Shown piece after piece: positions 17,297-30,518 of a stretch of DNA of 32,000 nt. Every line of letters starts with the position of its first letter. The stretch's first letter is position 1. Made by a program: the position numbers and the translations under genes. The DNA is from Candidatus Dasytiphilus stammeri (lineage in GTDB: Bacteria; Pseudomonadota; Gammaproteobacteria; Enterobacterales; Enterobacteriaceae), in the NCBI GenBank assembly GCA_041944835.1, contig CP145879.1, positions 283,621-315,620 of the forward strand, in the 5' to 3' direction. The notes under the pieces are model-generated. The model saw nothing but the letters and a program-made list of their open reading frames with translations, was not told where the DNA came from and ran no database searches.

Positions 17297-18205
17297 TTAT
17301 TTATTACGTTTAATAATATAGTTTGCTAATGCTTTTAAATAGTTAGTATTAAAAGAACAATCAGAGATTGTTTTTAATGCTTCCATAGCTTCTTGATATA
17401 ATTTTAAAGCTTCTTTACGAGCATTTTCCATTCCTAGTATAGATGGAAAAGTATTTTTTTTTAAACTTTGATCCGATCCTTGCCTTTTACCCATTATATT
17501 GGTTTCACCAATGACATCTAAAATATCATCTTGTATTTGAAATGCTAATCCAATCGCATTAGCATAATTTTGTAAGGATGAATAGATTATATTTTTTTTT
17601 TTATTTAAACTAGAGCTACTTAATGCTCCTAATTTAACGGCGGCGTTAATTAGCGCTCCAGTTTTATGATAATGAATGTTTTTTAATTTTTCAGTGCTTA
17701 TATTTTTTCCAGTAGTTATCAAATCCAATGCTTGGCCACTACACATTCCTGCTACACCACTAGCATAAGCTAATTCTTTTATCATTGCTAATCGATTGGT
17801 GATTTCTACCTCCGGCATAGGTGTTTCACTAAGAATTGAAAATGCAAGAGTTTGTAATGCATCGCCGGCTAAAATAGCTATAGCTTCGCCAAACTTTATA
17901 TGACAAGTTGGTTTTCCACGACGTAATAAACCATTATCCATCATTGGTAAATCATCATGAATTAAAGAATAAGCATGAATACATTCAACTGCTGCTGCAG
18001 GAGCATCTAAACTAGAATTATTTGAATTTAACATTTCACCAATACTATAAACTAGAAAAGGACGCAATCTTTTGCCATTTGAAAACAGACCATATTTCAT
18101 AGCATTCAATAATTGACTATCTTGAAATGGTAATTCTTTCATAAAAGAATCTAATGCAAGATTCACACGTTTTTGATATCCTTCAAGTAATTTTTTAAAA
18201 TTCAT
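17297..18205 (-). CDS. ispA: Farnesyl diphosphate synthase IspA
   Basis: The 302-aa ORF has both aspartate-rich motifs, [11 protein letters not shown] and FQIQDDILD. Confidence 0.93.
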   Translation of the reverse strand: MNFKKLLEGYQKRVNLALDSFMKELPFQDSQLLNAMKYGLFSNGKRLRPFLVYSIGEMLNSNNSSLDAPAAAVECIHAYSLIHDDLPMMDNGLLRRGKPTCHIKFGEAIAILAGDALQTLAFSILSETPMPEVEITNRLAMIKELAYASGVAGMCSGQALDLITTGKNISTEKLKNIHYHKTGALINAAVKLGALSSSSLNKKKNIIYSSLQNYANAIGLAFQIQDDILDVIGETNIMGKRQGSDQSLKKNTFPSILGMENARKEALKLYQEAMEALKTISDCSFNTNYLKALANYIIKRNK

Positions 18206-18208
18206 TTT

Positions 18209-18472
18209 TTATTCACTATCAAAAGGATTTTTATCCGGTTTTATAAAAGAGGATAATTCAGAATTATTTTCGGAGTTTAGTAAAATTTGAATACGTTGCT
18301 CTGCTTGTTTTAATTTTTTATGACTCACTTGAGCCAAATAAATTCCTTTTTCAAAAGCATTTAGAGCATCTTCTAAAGATAATTCTCCATTTTCTAAATA
18401 ACTTACTATTTTTTCTAGTTCTTTTAAAGAAGATTCAAAATTAATTTTTGAATCTTCATCATCTTTAAGCAT
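18209..18472 (-). CDS. xseB: Exodeoxyribonuclease VII small subunit
   Basis: The 87-aa ORF has FESSLKELEKIVSYLENGELSLEDAL..FEKG, typical of XseB. It lies upstream of ispA, as in E. coli. Confidence 0.88.
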   Translation of the reverse strand: MLKDDEDSKINFESSLKELEKIVSYLENGELSLEDALNAFEKGIYLAQVSHKKLKQAEQRIQILLNSENNSELSSFIKPDKNPFDSE

Positions 18473-18518
18473 AGTTAATACTCAAAATTTTTATGTAATA
18501 ATATATATTTATATCATA

Positions 18519-19910
18519 TTATTTTCCAATACAAAATTTTGAAAAGATTTTTTCTAATAAATCTTTTGAGGAATAATTTCCAATAATATCATTAAGAGCT
18601 TCTTGACTTAAACGCAACTCTTCAGCTAATAATTCATAAGAATAAGAATGATTTTTGATAAGTTCTTTTTTTCCTTGATCTAAATGTGATATAGCAAGTA
18701 ATAAAGCTTGTAAATGACGCTGTCTTGCCATAAAAATACCTTCAGTGGTATTTAAAAATCCGAGAGTTTTTTTTAAATGATAACGTAATAATTCTATTCC
18801 TTCTCCTGTTTGGGCGGAGATATTAATAATGACCCGATCAGATAATTCTCTCAACTGAGATGATGCGCATCTATTAAAATCTGTTAAATTATTTATTATT
18901 GTTAATGGAACTAACGAAGGAATTTTATCAAAAAAATCAGGAAATATAATAGATAAATCTGCAGTAAGATCAAGATCTTCATCTCTTACTACTAAGATGA
19001 TATGATCAGCAATTTTTATTTCTTGTATAGCACGTTCTATACCAATTTTTTCTACAGAATTATTAGTTTTATGTAAACCTGCAGTGTCAATTATATGCAA
19101 TTGCATGCCTTCAATATTAATATACTCATGTAACATATCTCTTGTAGTACCAGCATAATGTGTAACTATCGCCATTGGTTTTCCAACAAGAGCATTAAAA
19201 AGAGTTGATTTTCCAACATTAGGAGCTCCAATAATTATTGCTTTACGTCCTTCTCGTAATAATGCTCCTTTATAAGAAGTATTATATACTTCATAAATTG
19301 ATGTAATAATTTTATTAAGATTCATTTCCATTTCATCTTTAGATAAATCATTTACATCATATTCATTCGGAAAATTAATTGCTGATTCTAAATCAACCCG
19401 CAAATTGGTTAGCTGCTTTGCTAAACAGCGAATTTTATCAGAAAACACGCCTTGTAAAGAATTCAATGCTGAACGAGCTGCTTGTTCAGAAGTAGCATTG
19501 ATTAAATCTGCAATTGCTTCAGCTTGGACTAAGTCAATTTTATTATTCATAAATGCTCGTTCAGTAAATTCTCCAGGTTTTGCAAGACGAACTTCAGGAA
19601 TATTAGATATTATTTTTAATAATAGATCTATGACTATAGGACTTCCATGACTATGCAATTCTAATACATTTTCACCTGTAAAAGAATTAGGAGCAGGAAA
19701 CCATAGAGTAATTCCTTTATCAATAATACGACCTTTTTCATCATAAAATGATAAGTAATGAGCAGAACGAGGAGAGAGGAATTTTTTACCTAATACCTGT
19801 TGTGCTACTTTTGAAGCATTATCACCAGAAATCCGTATTACACTTATTCCTCCATAACCAGGCGGAGTTGCCTGAGCAACAATAGTATCGGCTAAAGTGT
19901 ATATTTTCAT
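18519..19910 (-). CDS. mnmE: tRNA modification GTPase MnmE (TrmE/ThdF)
   Basis: The 463-aa ORF has DTIVAQATPPG.GGI.VIRISG, the G-domain motifs GAPNVGKST and DTAG, and the C-terminal CIGK motif. Confidence 0.94.
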   Translation of the reverse strand: MKIYTLADTIVAQATPPGYGGISVIRISGDNASKVAQQVLGKKFLSPRSAHYLSFYDEKGRIIDKGITLWFPAPNSFTGENVLELHSHGSPIVIDLLLKIISNIPEVRLAKPGEFTERAFMNNKIDLVQAEAIADLINATSEQAARSALNSLQGVFSDKIRCLAKQLTNLRVDLESAINFPNEYDVNDLSKDEMEMNLNKIITSIYEVYNTSYKGALLREGRKAIIIGAPNVGKSTLFNALVGKPMAIVTHYAGTTRDMLHEYINIEGMQLHIIDTAGLHKTNNSVEKIGIERAIQEIKIADHIILVVRDEDLDLTADLSIIFPDFFDKIPSLVPLTIINNLTDFNRCASSQLRELSDRVIINISAQTGEGIELLRYHLKKTLGFLNTTEGIFMARQRHLQALLLAISHLDQGKKELIKNHSYSYELLAEELRLSQEALNDIIGNYSSKDLLEKIFSKFCIGK

Positions 19911-19947
19911 TTCAATTTTTATGAGTAAATAAAAGATTCGGATAAAA

Positions 19948-21558
19948 TTATTCTTTCTTTAACTTATGATAAATTAATTGTTGTTGAATGATAGTAACTA
20001 AATTATTTACAATATAGTATATAACTAATCCTGATGGAAACCATAAAAAGAATAATGTAAATATTATTGGCATATATGTCATAATTTTTTCTTGCGTTGG
20101 ATCAGTTAGATTAGATGGAGATATCTTTTGAATTATCAACATAGTAATTCCCATTAAAATAGGTAGAACATAATACGGATCTTTAGCTGATAAATCATGA
20201 ATCCATAATATAAAAGGAGCATGTCTTAGCTCAACAGTATTAATTAACATAGAATAAAGAGCAAAAAAAATTGGCATCTGAATTATCAATGGTAAACACC
20301 CACCTAAAGGGTTAACCTTTTCTGATTTATATAAAGCTATCATTTCCTCGTGCATTTTTTGTTTATTATTTCCTACTCGATCTCTAATGGCCTGAATTTT
20401 GGGTTGTAATGATCGCATTTTTGCTATTGAAGTATATTGTACTTTTGTTAAAGGATACATAATCATTCTGACTAGAAGGGTAATTATTATTATAGAAAAA
20501 CCCCAATTACCTATTTTAATTTCTATAGCATTTAGTAATTTAAACAATGGTTGAGATAGAAACCACAGCCATCCATAATCTACTGTAAGATCTAAATATG
20601 GTGCTGTTATAGCCATCTTATCCTGAATCTTAGGCCCCATCCATAAAGTTGCTGATATATTTTTAGTTTCTCCCGGAGAGATTGTTATTGGAGTAGATTC
20701 ATAACTAATTGAAACTATTCCTGGAGTATTACTGTTAGTATGAAAGATATTGATACCTTTACTATGTGGAATCCAAGCAGTTACGAAATAATGTTCTACC
20801 ATTGCTATCCAACCATTTAAGGTATTAACTTTAAGATTATTATTAATTTTACTAAATTTATATTTTTTATATTTATTGTAGATTGTAGAATATGCTACAT
20901 AACGATTACTTTCTGAATTTAAATTATGAATTTTAATATCATTTATAGGAAGAGTAGTTGATTGTTTTAAAATTCCAAACATAATTACTTGCATCGCATA
21001 TGCATTTGTATTAGTAATATAATACTTTACATTAATAGAATATTGATTTTTTTTAAAAGAAAAAATTTTTTTATAAAAAAGACCATTATTATCCTTGCAA
21101 TAAAAAGGTATTTCTAAAGTATTTTGTGCGGGATTCATTATATATGTATCATTTGGTACATGATACATAAGCTTTTTTTCTTTTATTGGTATTGAAGAAT
21201 TATTTAAAACTGATAAACCACTTTTTGCTTGATAACTAAAAGTAGGATTCGTTTGAAGTAACTTAAAAGGATGATTACTATTTAAGCTTTCTGGATAAAA
21301 TAATAATTCAGATTGAATAATATCCCCTCCATAAGTATTAATGCGTAAGGATAATACATCAGTTCTAACTGATATTATCTTTCCTTTTTTCTTAAAAGGA
21401 AAATTATTGGTATTACTTTTTAAAAAAAAATTATCATAGTTATTAGTTTTTACTTGTAATTGGTTATGCTTATTATGATCATTCAGCCAAGTTTGCCACA
21501 TAATAAAAGATACAAATATAAAAGCCATTAAAAGTAGATTACGTTGTAAATCCATCAT
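19948..21558 (-). CDS. yidC: Membrane protein insertase YidC
   Basis: The 536-aa ORF has M(M)DLQRNLLLMAFIFVSF, DYGWLWFLSQPLFKLL, GNWGFSIIIITLLVR.IMYPLT, NPLGGCLPLIIQMPIF and LVIYYIVNNLVTIIQQQLIY. Either of two adjacent ATGs (21558 or 21555) could be the start. Confidence 0.94.
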   Translation of the reverse strand: MMDLQRNLLLMAFIFVSFIMWQTWLNDHNKHNQLQVKTNNYDNFFLKSNTNNFPFKKKGKIISVRTDVLSLRINTYGGDIIQSELLFYPESLNSNHPFKLLQTNPTFSYQAKSGLSVLNNSSIPIKEKKLMYHVPNDTYIMNPAQNTLEIPFYCKDNNGLFYKKIFSFKKNQYSINVKYYITNTNAYAMQVIMFGILKQSTTLPINDIKIHNLNSESNRYVAYSTIYNKYKKYKFSKINNNLKVNTLNGWIAMVEHYFVTAWIPHSKGINIFHTNSNTPGIVSISYESTPITISPGETKNISATLWMGPKIQDKMAITAPYLDLTVDYGWLWFLSQPLFKLLNAIEIKIGNWGFSIIIITLLVRMIMYPLTKVQYTSIAKMRSLQPKIQAIRDRVGNNKQKMHEEMIALYKSEKVNPLGGCLPLIIQMPIFFALYSMLINTVELRHAPFILWIHDLSAKDPYYVLPILMGITMLIIQKISPSNLTDPTQEKIMTYMPIIFTLFFLWFPSGLVIYYIVNNLVTIIQQQLIYHKLKKE

Positions 21559-21574
21559 GAATTTTCTCTAATTA

Positions 21575-21823
21575 TTATTTCTTCTTTGGCACTGGGTCAC
21601 TCATATCACCCGTTAAATTTAACGGATGACATTTAATTAAGCGTTTTATAGTTAAAATTATTCCTTTTATAATACCAAATCTCGTTATAGCTGTAATACT
21701 ATAGTGAGAGCAAGTAGGTTTAAAACGACATCGTGGCATTATCAAGACACTAATGAATTTTTGATAATTATAAATAAAAGTTATCAATATTTTTTTTAGG
21801 GTAAAAGATAATAAATCTTCCAT
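21575..21823 (-). CDS. yidD: Membrane protein insertion efficiency factor YidD
   Basis: The 82-aa ORF has YQKFIS.....RCRF.PTCSHY...A....G..KG..L...R..KCHP. It overlaps the rnpA 3' end by 28 nt. Confidence 0.85.
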   Translation of the reverse strand: MEDLLSFTLKKILITFIYNYQKFISVLIMPRCRFKPTCSHYSITAITRFGIIKGIILTIKRLIKCHPLNLTGDMSDPVPKKK

Positions 21824-22149
21824 AATTGTTTAAGTTTTTCCATTATTATTTTATTATTCATTAAATCTACTTTTTTTTTTATTATGATAATGAAATCCAT
21901 TGATGGCAATTCATTGTGAGTTAAACGAAAACTTTCACGTATTAATCTTTTTATCCTATTACGTTGATATGCATACTTAATATTATGTTTACTGATAATG
22001 AATCCAAGACGAGCATATTTATAAATATTAGGACAATATAACATAATCATGTGTAATTTATTTATCTTCATTGAGTGATGCATAATAAAGTTAAATTCTT
22101 TGGAATTTAATAAACGTAATTTTTTCGGAAAATTATAAGAGTTCAGCAT
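21796..22149 (-). CDS. rnpA: RNase P protein component
   Basis: The 117-aa basic ORF has [13 protein letters not shown] and [12 protein letters not shown] (the RNR motif). It lies between rpmH and yidD. Confidence 0.9.
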   Translation of the reverse strand: MLNSYNFPKKLRLLNSKEFNFIMHHSMKINKLHMIMLYCPNIYKYARLGFIISKHNIKYAYQRNRIKRLIRESFRLTHNELPSMDFIIIIKKKVDLMNNKIIMEKLKQLWKIYYLLP

Positions 22150-22170
22150 GCTAATTTGTTCAAAATTCGT

Positions 22171-22332
<162 letters not shown>

Positions 22333-22349
22333 TTATAAGAGATAAGGTT

Positions 22350-22378
22350 ATTTTATCAATTCTTGTTATAGTAGTCAA
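22350..22378 (-). promoter_or_regulatory. Candidate sigma70 promoter for rpmH-rnpA-yidD-yidC
   Basis: On the minus strand: TTGACT (22378..22373), a 17-nt spacer, then TAAAAT (22355..22350). It lies about 40 nt upstream of the rpmH ATG. Confidence 0.35.
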
Positions 22379-22390
22379 TTTCGTTAATAT
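22363..22390 (+). promoter_or_regulatory. Candidate sigma70 promoter for dnaN-gyrB, overlapping back-to-back with the rpmH promoter
   Basis: On the plus strand: TTGTTA (22363..22368), a 16-nt spacer, then TAATAT (22385..22390). It lies about 90 nt upstream of the dnaN ATG. Such hexamers are frequent by chance in AT-rich DNA. Confidence 0.25.
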
Positions 22391-22478
22391 ATTTTAAAAT
22401 ATGTATTTATCTAAAAATTGAGTATATGATCTAACCTTGAGATTTTTAATCTACTGAATTTTAAAAAAAAATTATAAG

Positions 22479-23579
22479 ATGCAATTTATTATTCAACGCG
22501 AAAATTTATTAAAACCATTGCAAAAGATAAGTAGGATTCTGAGTAATAAACCATTATTACCTATTGGAAATAATGTTCTTATGAAAATAACTGGTAACCA
22601 ATTATTGTTAACTGTAACTAATTTAGAAATAGAAATTTCTACATTTGTTATTTTAACTGAACAATATACAACTGGAAGTTGTACAGTTTCAGCTAAAAAG
22701 TTATTAGATATATGTCGATATTTACCAGAAAAAGCTTACATAAAAATTTCTTTAATAAATAGTAGAATACTGGTATATTCTGGACAGAGTAAATTTTATC
22801 TTTCTACATTACCAGTAAGTAGTTTTCCAAATTTGGATAATTGGAAAACCCAAATGGAATTTTCTCTCCAAGCTAAAATAATGAAACATCTTCTTGAATC
22901 CACGTATTTTTCTATGTCATATCAAGATGTTAGGTATTATTTAAATGGTTTATTATTTGAAACTAAAGATAATTTATTATCTTGCGTAGCTACTGATGGA
23001 CATCGAATGGCTATTTGTAGAATGGAAATAATTCAAATTATACCTAAATATTCCGTTATTTTACCACGCAAATGTATTATTGAATTTTTACGTTTACTCA
23101 AAGAAAATGACTTTTTACTTAAAATTCAAATAGGAAATAATAATATTAGAATATATATAAGCGATTATATTTTTACTTCACGATTAATTGATGGAAATTT
23201 TCCAAATTATACCCACGTATTACAGAAAAATTATAATAAAATTATCGTAATTAATCGTGAAATATTAAAAAAATCATTTTCAAGAATATCCATTTTATGT
23301 AACCATAAATTAAATGAAGTGCATCTTCATATTAAAAATAATGAGCTTAAAATCACCACGAGTAATTGGTCCCATGAAGAAGCAGAAGAAATATTACCAA
23401 TATCTTATGATGGTGATGATATACAAATTAATTTGAATATCAATTATATACTTGAAGTTTTATGTGTATTAAAATGTGATACAATTAAATTGTCACTATT
23501 AGATTCAATATCTAGTATTCAAATTAATGATATTACTAATGATTCTTGTGTTTATCTAATAATGCCCATTAAGTCCTAA
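22479..23579 (+). CDS. dnaN: DNA polymerase III beta sliding clamp
   Basis: The 366-aa ORF has M.F.I.RE.LLKPLQ, YYLNGLLFE, ATDGHRMA and SRLIDG.FPNY. It has the same length as the E. coli clamp. Confidence 0.94.
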   Translation: MQFIIQRENLLKPLQKISRILSNKPLLPIGNNVLMKITGNQLLLTVTNLEIEISTFVILTEQYTTGSCTVSAKKLLDICRYLPEKAYIKISLINSRILVYSGQSKFYLSTLPVSSFPNLDNWKTQMEFSLQAKIMKHLLESTYFSMSYQDVRYYLNGLLFETKDNLLSCVATDGHRMAICRMEIIQIIPKYSVILPRKCIIEFLRLLKENDFLLKIQIGNNNIRIYISDYIFTSRLIDGNFPNYTHVLQKNYNKIIVINREILKKSFSRISILCNHKLNEVHLHIKNNELKITTSNWSHEEAEEILPISYDGDDIQINLNINYILEVLCVLKCDTIKLSLLDSISSIQINDITNDSCVYLIMPIKS

Positions 23580-23627
23580 TTAAAATTTAATTTAGTTTTT
23601 AAATAAGATATATTTTATTAATAATAA

Positions 23628-26048
<2,421 letters not shown>

Positions 26049-26054
26049 AGAATA

Positions 26055-27560
26055 TTATTGAAGATTTCTCAAGATGGGAAATAAAATTACATCACGTATG
26101 TTGGTATTGTTAGTAAGAATCATTATTAAACGATCAATACCAATTCCTAATCCTGCGGTCGGGGGTAAACCATATTCTAATGCCATCAAATATTCTGCAT
26201 CATATTTATGATAGAGGCTTTCATCTTTAGAATTCTGTTGTTGTAAAAATCTTTTCTTTTGTTCTTCTACATCATTTAATTCCGAAAAACCATTCGCTAT
26301 CTCATAACCATTAATAAATAATTCAAATCTATCTGCAATAAAAGGATTTATTTCATTAGTACGAGCTAATGGTGATATTTCTATTGGATATTGCGTAATA
26401 AAAGTGGGGTAGATTAAATTATTTTCAATTTTTTTTTCAAAAATTTCATTTAAAATACGTCCATGTCCCCAATTTTCTTGAATTTTCAGACCTAATAACT
26501 TTGCATAATAAATAGTTTGATTAGGATCTTCCAAATCTTTAATATCAATACTCAATTCAGATATGTATTTACAAATAGCTTCTTTCATAGTCATTTTTAT
26601 AAATGGTTTTTGAAAATCAAAAGTATATTGTCCATATTTTATATATGGAGATTTAAAAATATCGACAATTAAAGTATTTAAGAGTTTTTCTGTAAAAACC
26701 ATTAGATCTTTATAATCAGCATATGCTATATATAATTCCATCATAGTAAACTCCGGATTATGTTGTGGTGATAATCCTTCATTTCTAAAATTACGATTAA
26801 TTTCGAATATTTTTTCAAAACCACCTACTACTAAACGTTTTAAATAAAGTTCCGGAGCTATACGTAAATATAAATTTAAATTCAATGCATTGTGATGTGT
26901 AATAAAAGGTTTTGCATTTCCTCCTCCTGGTATAGGTTGCATCATCGGAGTTTCTACTTCTAAAAAATTTTGTTCTATCATGAATTTACGAATTTTGGAT
27001 ATTACTTGAGAACGTAATATAAAAGTATTACGTGAGTGATTATTAACAATTAGATCTAGATATCTTTGACGATAACAGATTTCTTTATCTGCTAGTTTAT
27101 GAAATTTTTCAGGTAAAGGACGAAGTGCTTTAGTTAATAACTGAAGTTTATGACAATATATTGTTAGTTCGTTAGTTTTAGTTTTAAATAATTTTCCATG
27201 TACACCAATAATATCTCCTAGATCAAATTTCTTATAATTACATGATTTTCGATTATTTGCATATAACTGAATTTTACCTCCTGCATCTTGTAAAGTTATA
27301 AAAACTGATTTACCCATAATACGACGTGCTAATATACGACCTGCAACACTAATAATATTATTTAATTGTTCTAATTGATCATTATCTTTGTCATCAAATT
27401 CAATATGCAATTGATTAGAAGTATAATTTCTTTTAAAATTATTTGGATATGCAATACCTTCTTGACGTAATTTCTTTAATTTTTCTTTTCTGATGTCGCG
27501 TTCGGTTTGTATATTACCAAATAGATTATTTTCTATATCAGTAGAATTTGATTTATACAT
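26055..27560 (-). CDS. lysS: Lysine--tRNA ligase (class II)
   Basis: The 501-aa ORF has [43 protein letters not shown] and [11 protein letters not shown]. An AAGGA RBS lies 6 nt upstream of the start. It is immediately downstream of prfB, as in the E. coli prfB-lysS operon. Confidence 0.95.
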   Translation of the reverse strand: MYKSNSTDIENNLFGNIQTERDIRKEKLKKLRQEGIAYPNNFKRNYTSNQLHIEFDDKDNDQLEQLNNIISVAGRILARRIMGKSVFITLQDAGGKIQLYANNRKSCNYKKFDLGDIIGVHGKLFKTKTNELTIYCHKLQLLTKALRPLPEKFHKLADKEICYRQRYLDLIVNNHSRNTFILRSQVISKIRKFMIEQNFLEVETPMMQPIPGGGNAKPFITHHNALNLNLYLRIAPELYLKRLVVGGFEKIFEINRNFRNEGLSPQHNPEFTMMELYIAYADYKDLMVFTEKLLNTLIVDIFKSPYIKYGQYTFDFQKPFIKMTMKEAICKYISELSIDIKDLEDPNQTIYYAKLLGLKIQENWGHGRILNEIFEKKIENNLIYPTFITQYPIEISPLARTNEINPFIADRFELFINGYEIANGFSELNDVEEQKKRFLQQQNSKDESLYHKYDAEYLMALEYGLPPTAGLGIGIDRLIMILTNNTNIRDVILFPILRNLQ

Positions 27561-27574
27561 TTTAAATCCTTATT

Positions 27575-28669
27575 TTAAAATCCTGCATTTAAACTTGCCT
27601 TAATAAATATATCTAATTCACCATTTAAAATATCTTGTATATCATGGCTTTCTACTCCAGTGCGTAAATCTTTAATGAGAGAACTATCCAGTATATAAGA
27701 ACGTATTTGTCTTCCCCATCCAATATCCGATTTATTTTCTTCAATTACTTGTTTTTCCGCATTCTTTTTTTTTATTTTTAAGTCATATAATTTAGCTTTC
27801 ATTTGTTTTAATGCTTGATCTTTATTTCTATGTTGTGATCGTTCATTTTGACATTGAGTAACCACTCCTGTTGGTAAATGAGTAATGCGTACTGCAGATT
27901 CAGTACGATTCACATGTTGTCCACCTGCTCCTGATGCACGATAAACATCAATCCTTAAATCTCCTGCATTTATTTTAATTTCAATGTTATCCTTTAGTTC
28001 GGGATATACGAAAACTGAACTAAACGAAGTATGTCTTTTCCCGGTAGAGTCAAACGGACTCTTACGTACTAGACGATGAATTCCAGTCTCTGTTCGTAAC
28101 CAACCAAAAGCATATTGACCTAAAATTTGTAAAGTTACTGATTTAATACCCGCTATATCTCCTACAGTTTCAGAAATTATTTTGGTTTTAAATCCTTTCT
28201 TTTCAGCCCATCGTAAATACATACGCATTAATACATTTGCCCAATCTTGAGCTTCGGTTCCACCCGAACCGGCTTGAATATCAATATAGCAATTAGCATA
28301 ATCGTTTGGTTTGCAAAACATAGTACTAAATTCTAATTGTACTATTTTTTCTTCGATGATATTCATATCACGAATAATTTCATTTAATAGAGCATTATCT
28401 TTATCATCTAAAATATCTAGCAAACCTGAAAGATTTATTATTTCAATATATAATTCATCAAAATTTTCTATTTTACTTTCTATGAAAACACGTTCTTTAT
28501 TTAATGATTGTGCATAGTTGATCTCTTTCCATACCGAGGTTTTTTCTAATTCTTTATTAAGATTTATCAACTTGATTTTATCATCATCATATTTTATATT
28601 TTGTTTGAGCATCTTCGCTCGAGTTATAATATTTTGAATTCTATGTTTTAAACAATGAATATCTAACAT
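27575..28669 (-). CDS. prfB: Peptide chain release factor 2, encoded in one uninterrupted frame
   Basis: The 364-aa ORF is colinear with E. coli RF2 from residue 1. It has [15 protein letters not shown], the SPF motif (VRKSPFDS) and the GGQ motif ([22 protein letters not shown]). Confidence 0.94.
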   Translation of the reverse strand: MLDIHCLKHRIQNIITRAKMLKQNIKYDDDKIKLINLNKELEKTSVWKEINYAQSLNKERVFIESKIENFDELYIEIINLSGLLDILDDKDNALLNEIIRDMNIIEEKIVQLEFSTMFCKPNDYANCYIDIQAGSGGTEAQDWANVLMRMYLRWAEKKGFKTKIISETVGDIAGIKSVTLQILGQYAFGWLRTETGIHRLVRKSPFDSTGKRHTSFSSVFVYPELKDNIEIKINAGDLRIDVYRASGAGGQHVNRTESAVRITHLPTGVVTQCQNERSQHRNKDQALKQMKAKLYDLKIKKKNAEKQVIEENKSDIGWGRQIRSYILDSSLIKDLRTGVESHDIQDILNGELDIFIKASLNAGF

Positions 28670-28806
28670 AATATAAAGTGTATAAAAATAAGAGTAATTA
28701 TAAATAACTATAAAATTCTTTCCTTAATAAAACAATAATTGATAATTATAACTGATAATAATTTTTATAAATTAAATCTTTTTCATGTAAAAAGAGATAT
28801 TTACTT

Positions 28807-29784
28807 ATGAATTATTTAGTTTTTCCTTCTTTAGCTCCAATAGAATCAAAATTGTTACCTTTAACACTAATATCATTAGAAAAATGGTGTATGGTAACTA
28901 TTAGGGGGGTTGATACTTTTAGTTATATTCAACAACAAATAACCTTTGACATAACTAAATTAAAATTAAACCAACATTGTCACACTGCGCATTGTAATGC
29001 TAAAGGAAAGATGTTGAGTAATCTACTTTTATTTCATTATAATGATGGTTTAGCTTGGATAATACGACAATCAATGCAATCAATACAACTTGAGGCATTA
29101 AGAAAATATTCTATTTTTTCAAATGTAATTATCTCTCCTAATCCGAGTAAAATATTAATAGGTATAGCTGGATTTCAAGCACGTAAATTATTATCAAATT
29201 TATTTAACCCACTTCCTTCTATAAGATCTCCGGTTGTATATTATAAAAATATGGTTTTATTATGGTTAAAGAATCCATCAGAACGCTTTATTATTATAAG
29301 TAATATTATGATTATAAAACAAATACAAGAGCAATTATCTAAATATTGCCAAATCAATAATAGTATACAATGGATGTCATTAGATATAGAATCGGGGATT
29401 CCAATTATTGATGAAATGAATTGTTGTAAATTTCTCCCCCAAGCTGCTAACATGGACCTTCTTGGAGCTATTGATTTTAATAAAGGATGTTATTTAGGAC
29501 AAGAAATGATAGCCCGTGCTAAATTTCGGGGAATAAATAAATATGCTCTTTATTGGTTAATCGGAAAATTCACAAAAATTCCTCAAAATACACATATAGA
29601 TCTAATTATATCAAATGATAACAATCATTGTACATATTCTGCCCATATACTAGCTCTTTGTCGCATGAGAAATAATGAGGTTTGGATTCAAGCAATCATA
29701 AAAAATGATCTTCCATATGATGCTATTTTTCGCATAGATGGTGATGATGATAGTTACTTTTATATTAGTCGAATATATTATTAA
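28807..29784 (+). CDS. ygfZ: Folate-binding Fe-S cluster repair/tRNA-modification protein YgfZ
   Basis: The 325-aa ORF has HCNAKGKM, GIAGFQARKLLSNLF, QWMSLDIESGIPIID and the signature KGCYLGQEMIARAKFRG. Confidence 0.9.
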   Translation: MNYLVFPSLAPIESKLLPLTLISLEKWCMVTIRGVDTFSYIQQQITFDITKLKLNQHCHTAHCNAKGKMLSNLLLFHYNDGLAWIIRQSMQSIQLEALRKYSIFSNVIISPNPSKILIGIAGFQARKLLSNLFNPLPSIRSPVVYYKNMVLLWLKNPSERFIIISNIMIIKQIQEQLSKYCQINNSIQWMSLDIESGIPIIDEMNCCKFLPQAANMDLLGAIDFNKGCYLGQEMIARAKFRGINKYALYWLIGKFTKIPQNTHIDLIISNDNNHCTYSAHILALCRMRNNEVWIQAIIKNDLPYDAIFRIDGDDDSYFYISRIYY

Positions 29785-29841
29785 TGATAAAATTATTCTT
29801 TAAATTTAAACGCTTCATAACTGTTATCTAAAAAAAAAAAT

Positions 29842-30504
29842 TTAATTTTTTTTTAGGGTTTTAATACCAGAACTTGTAGCAATCAAAGCAATATCTGCAC
29901 TACGAATTGTAAATAATCCTACAGTGACTACTCCAACAATCATACTAAGTTTTTTTTCTATTTCAATGGGTTCAATTAAAGATGCATTATATATATCAAT
30001 AATTATGTTACCGTTTTCAGTGATTACACCATTTCTATATTTTGGTAATGCTCCTAATTTTACTATTTGACGAGCAACATATGCTCGTGCCATAGGTATG
30101 ACTTCCAATGGTATTGGAGAATTTTTTCCTAATATTCTTACATATTTTGATTCATCAGCAATACAAATAAACTTTTTTGATATTGCAGCAATAACTTTCT
30201 CTTGAGTTAAAGCACCTCCTTTTCCTTTAATCATTTGTAATCTATCATTTATTTCATCAGCACTATCTATATATAAAGGTAGTAAGTCTATATTATTAGA
30301 GTCAATAACTTGAAGCCCACATCTTTTTAATTTAAAATAAGTTTCTCGTGAACTAGATACTGCACCTTTTATTTTAAATTTAATGGTCTCTAGCATATCA
30401 ATAAAATTATTTACAGTACTTCCAGATCCTACACCAATGATTGAATCTGGTTGTATATATTGTAGAGCTGCTATTGCTGCATTTTTTTTTAAATCATTAT
30501 TCAT
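29842..30504 (-). CDS. rpiA: Ribose-5-phosphate isomerase A
   Basis: LKKNAAIAALQYIQP, IGVGSGST, DSADEI, MIKGKGGALTQEK and VVTVGLF match RpiA. I take the ATG at 30504 as the start; the ORF-track start at 30507 is a TTG one codon upstream. Confidence 0.93.
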   Translation of the reverse strand: MNNDLKKNAAIAALQYIQPDSIIGVGSGSTVNNFIDMLETIKFKIKGAVSSSRETYFKLKRCGLQVIDSNNIDLLPLYIDSADEINDRLQMIKGKGGALTQEKVIAAISKKFICIADESKYVRILGKNSPIPLEVIPMARAYVARQIVKLGALPKYRNGVITENGNIIIDIYNASLIEPIEIEKKLSMIVGVVTVGLFTIRSADIALIATSSGIKTLKKN

Positions 30505-30518
30505 CAATATATTCCATT

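Noticed and set aside
19405-19650. 81-aa plus-strand ORF inside mnmE
   Set aside because: It is antisense to the conserved MnmE N-terminal and helical domain and shows no recognisable homology.
28311-28517. 68-aa plus-strand ORF inside prfB
   Set aside because: It is antisense to RF2 and its translation is Ser/Ile-rich and low-complexity.
28777-28795. 7-bp hairpin (TCTTTTT-catgt-AAAAAGA) 11 nt upstream of the ygfZ start as a translational regulator
   Set aside because: The stem has six A:T pairs and one G:C pair, so its stability is marginal. Structures like this are expected by chance at this composition.
29241-29453. 70-aa minus-strand ORF inside ygfZ
   Set aside because: It is antisense to the conserved YgfZ ORF and has no motif support.
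29830-29854. A11-TTTAA-T9 inverted repeat at the ygfZ/rpiA convergent junction as a bidirectional terminator
   Set aside because: The stem is A:T only and the T9 arm is rpiA coding sequence (KKN*). It is more simply explained by homopolymer bias.
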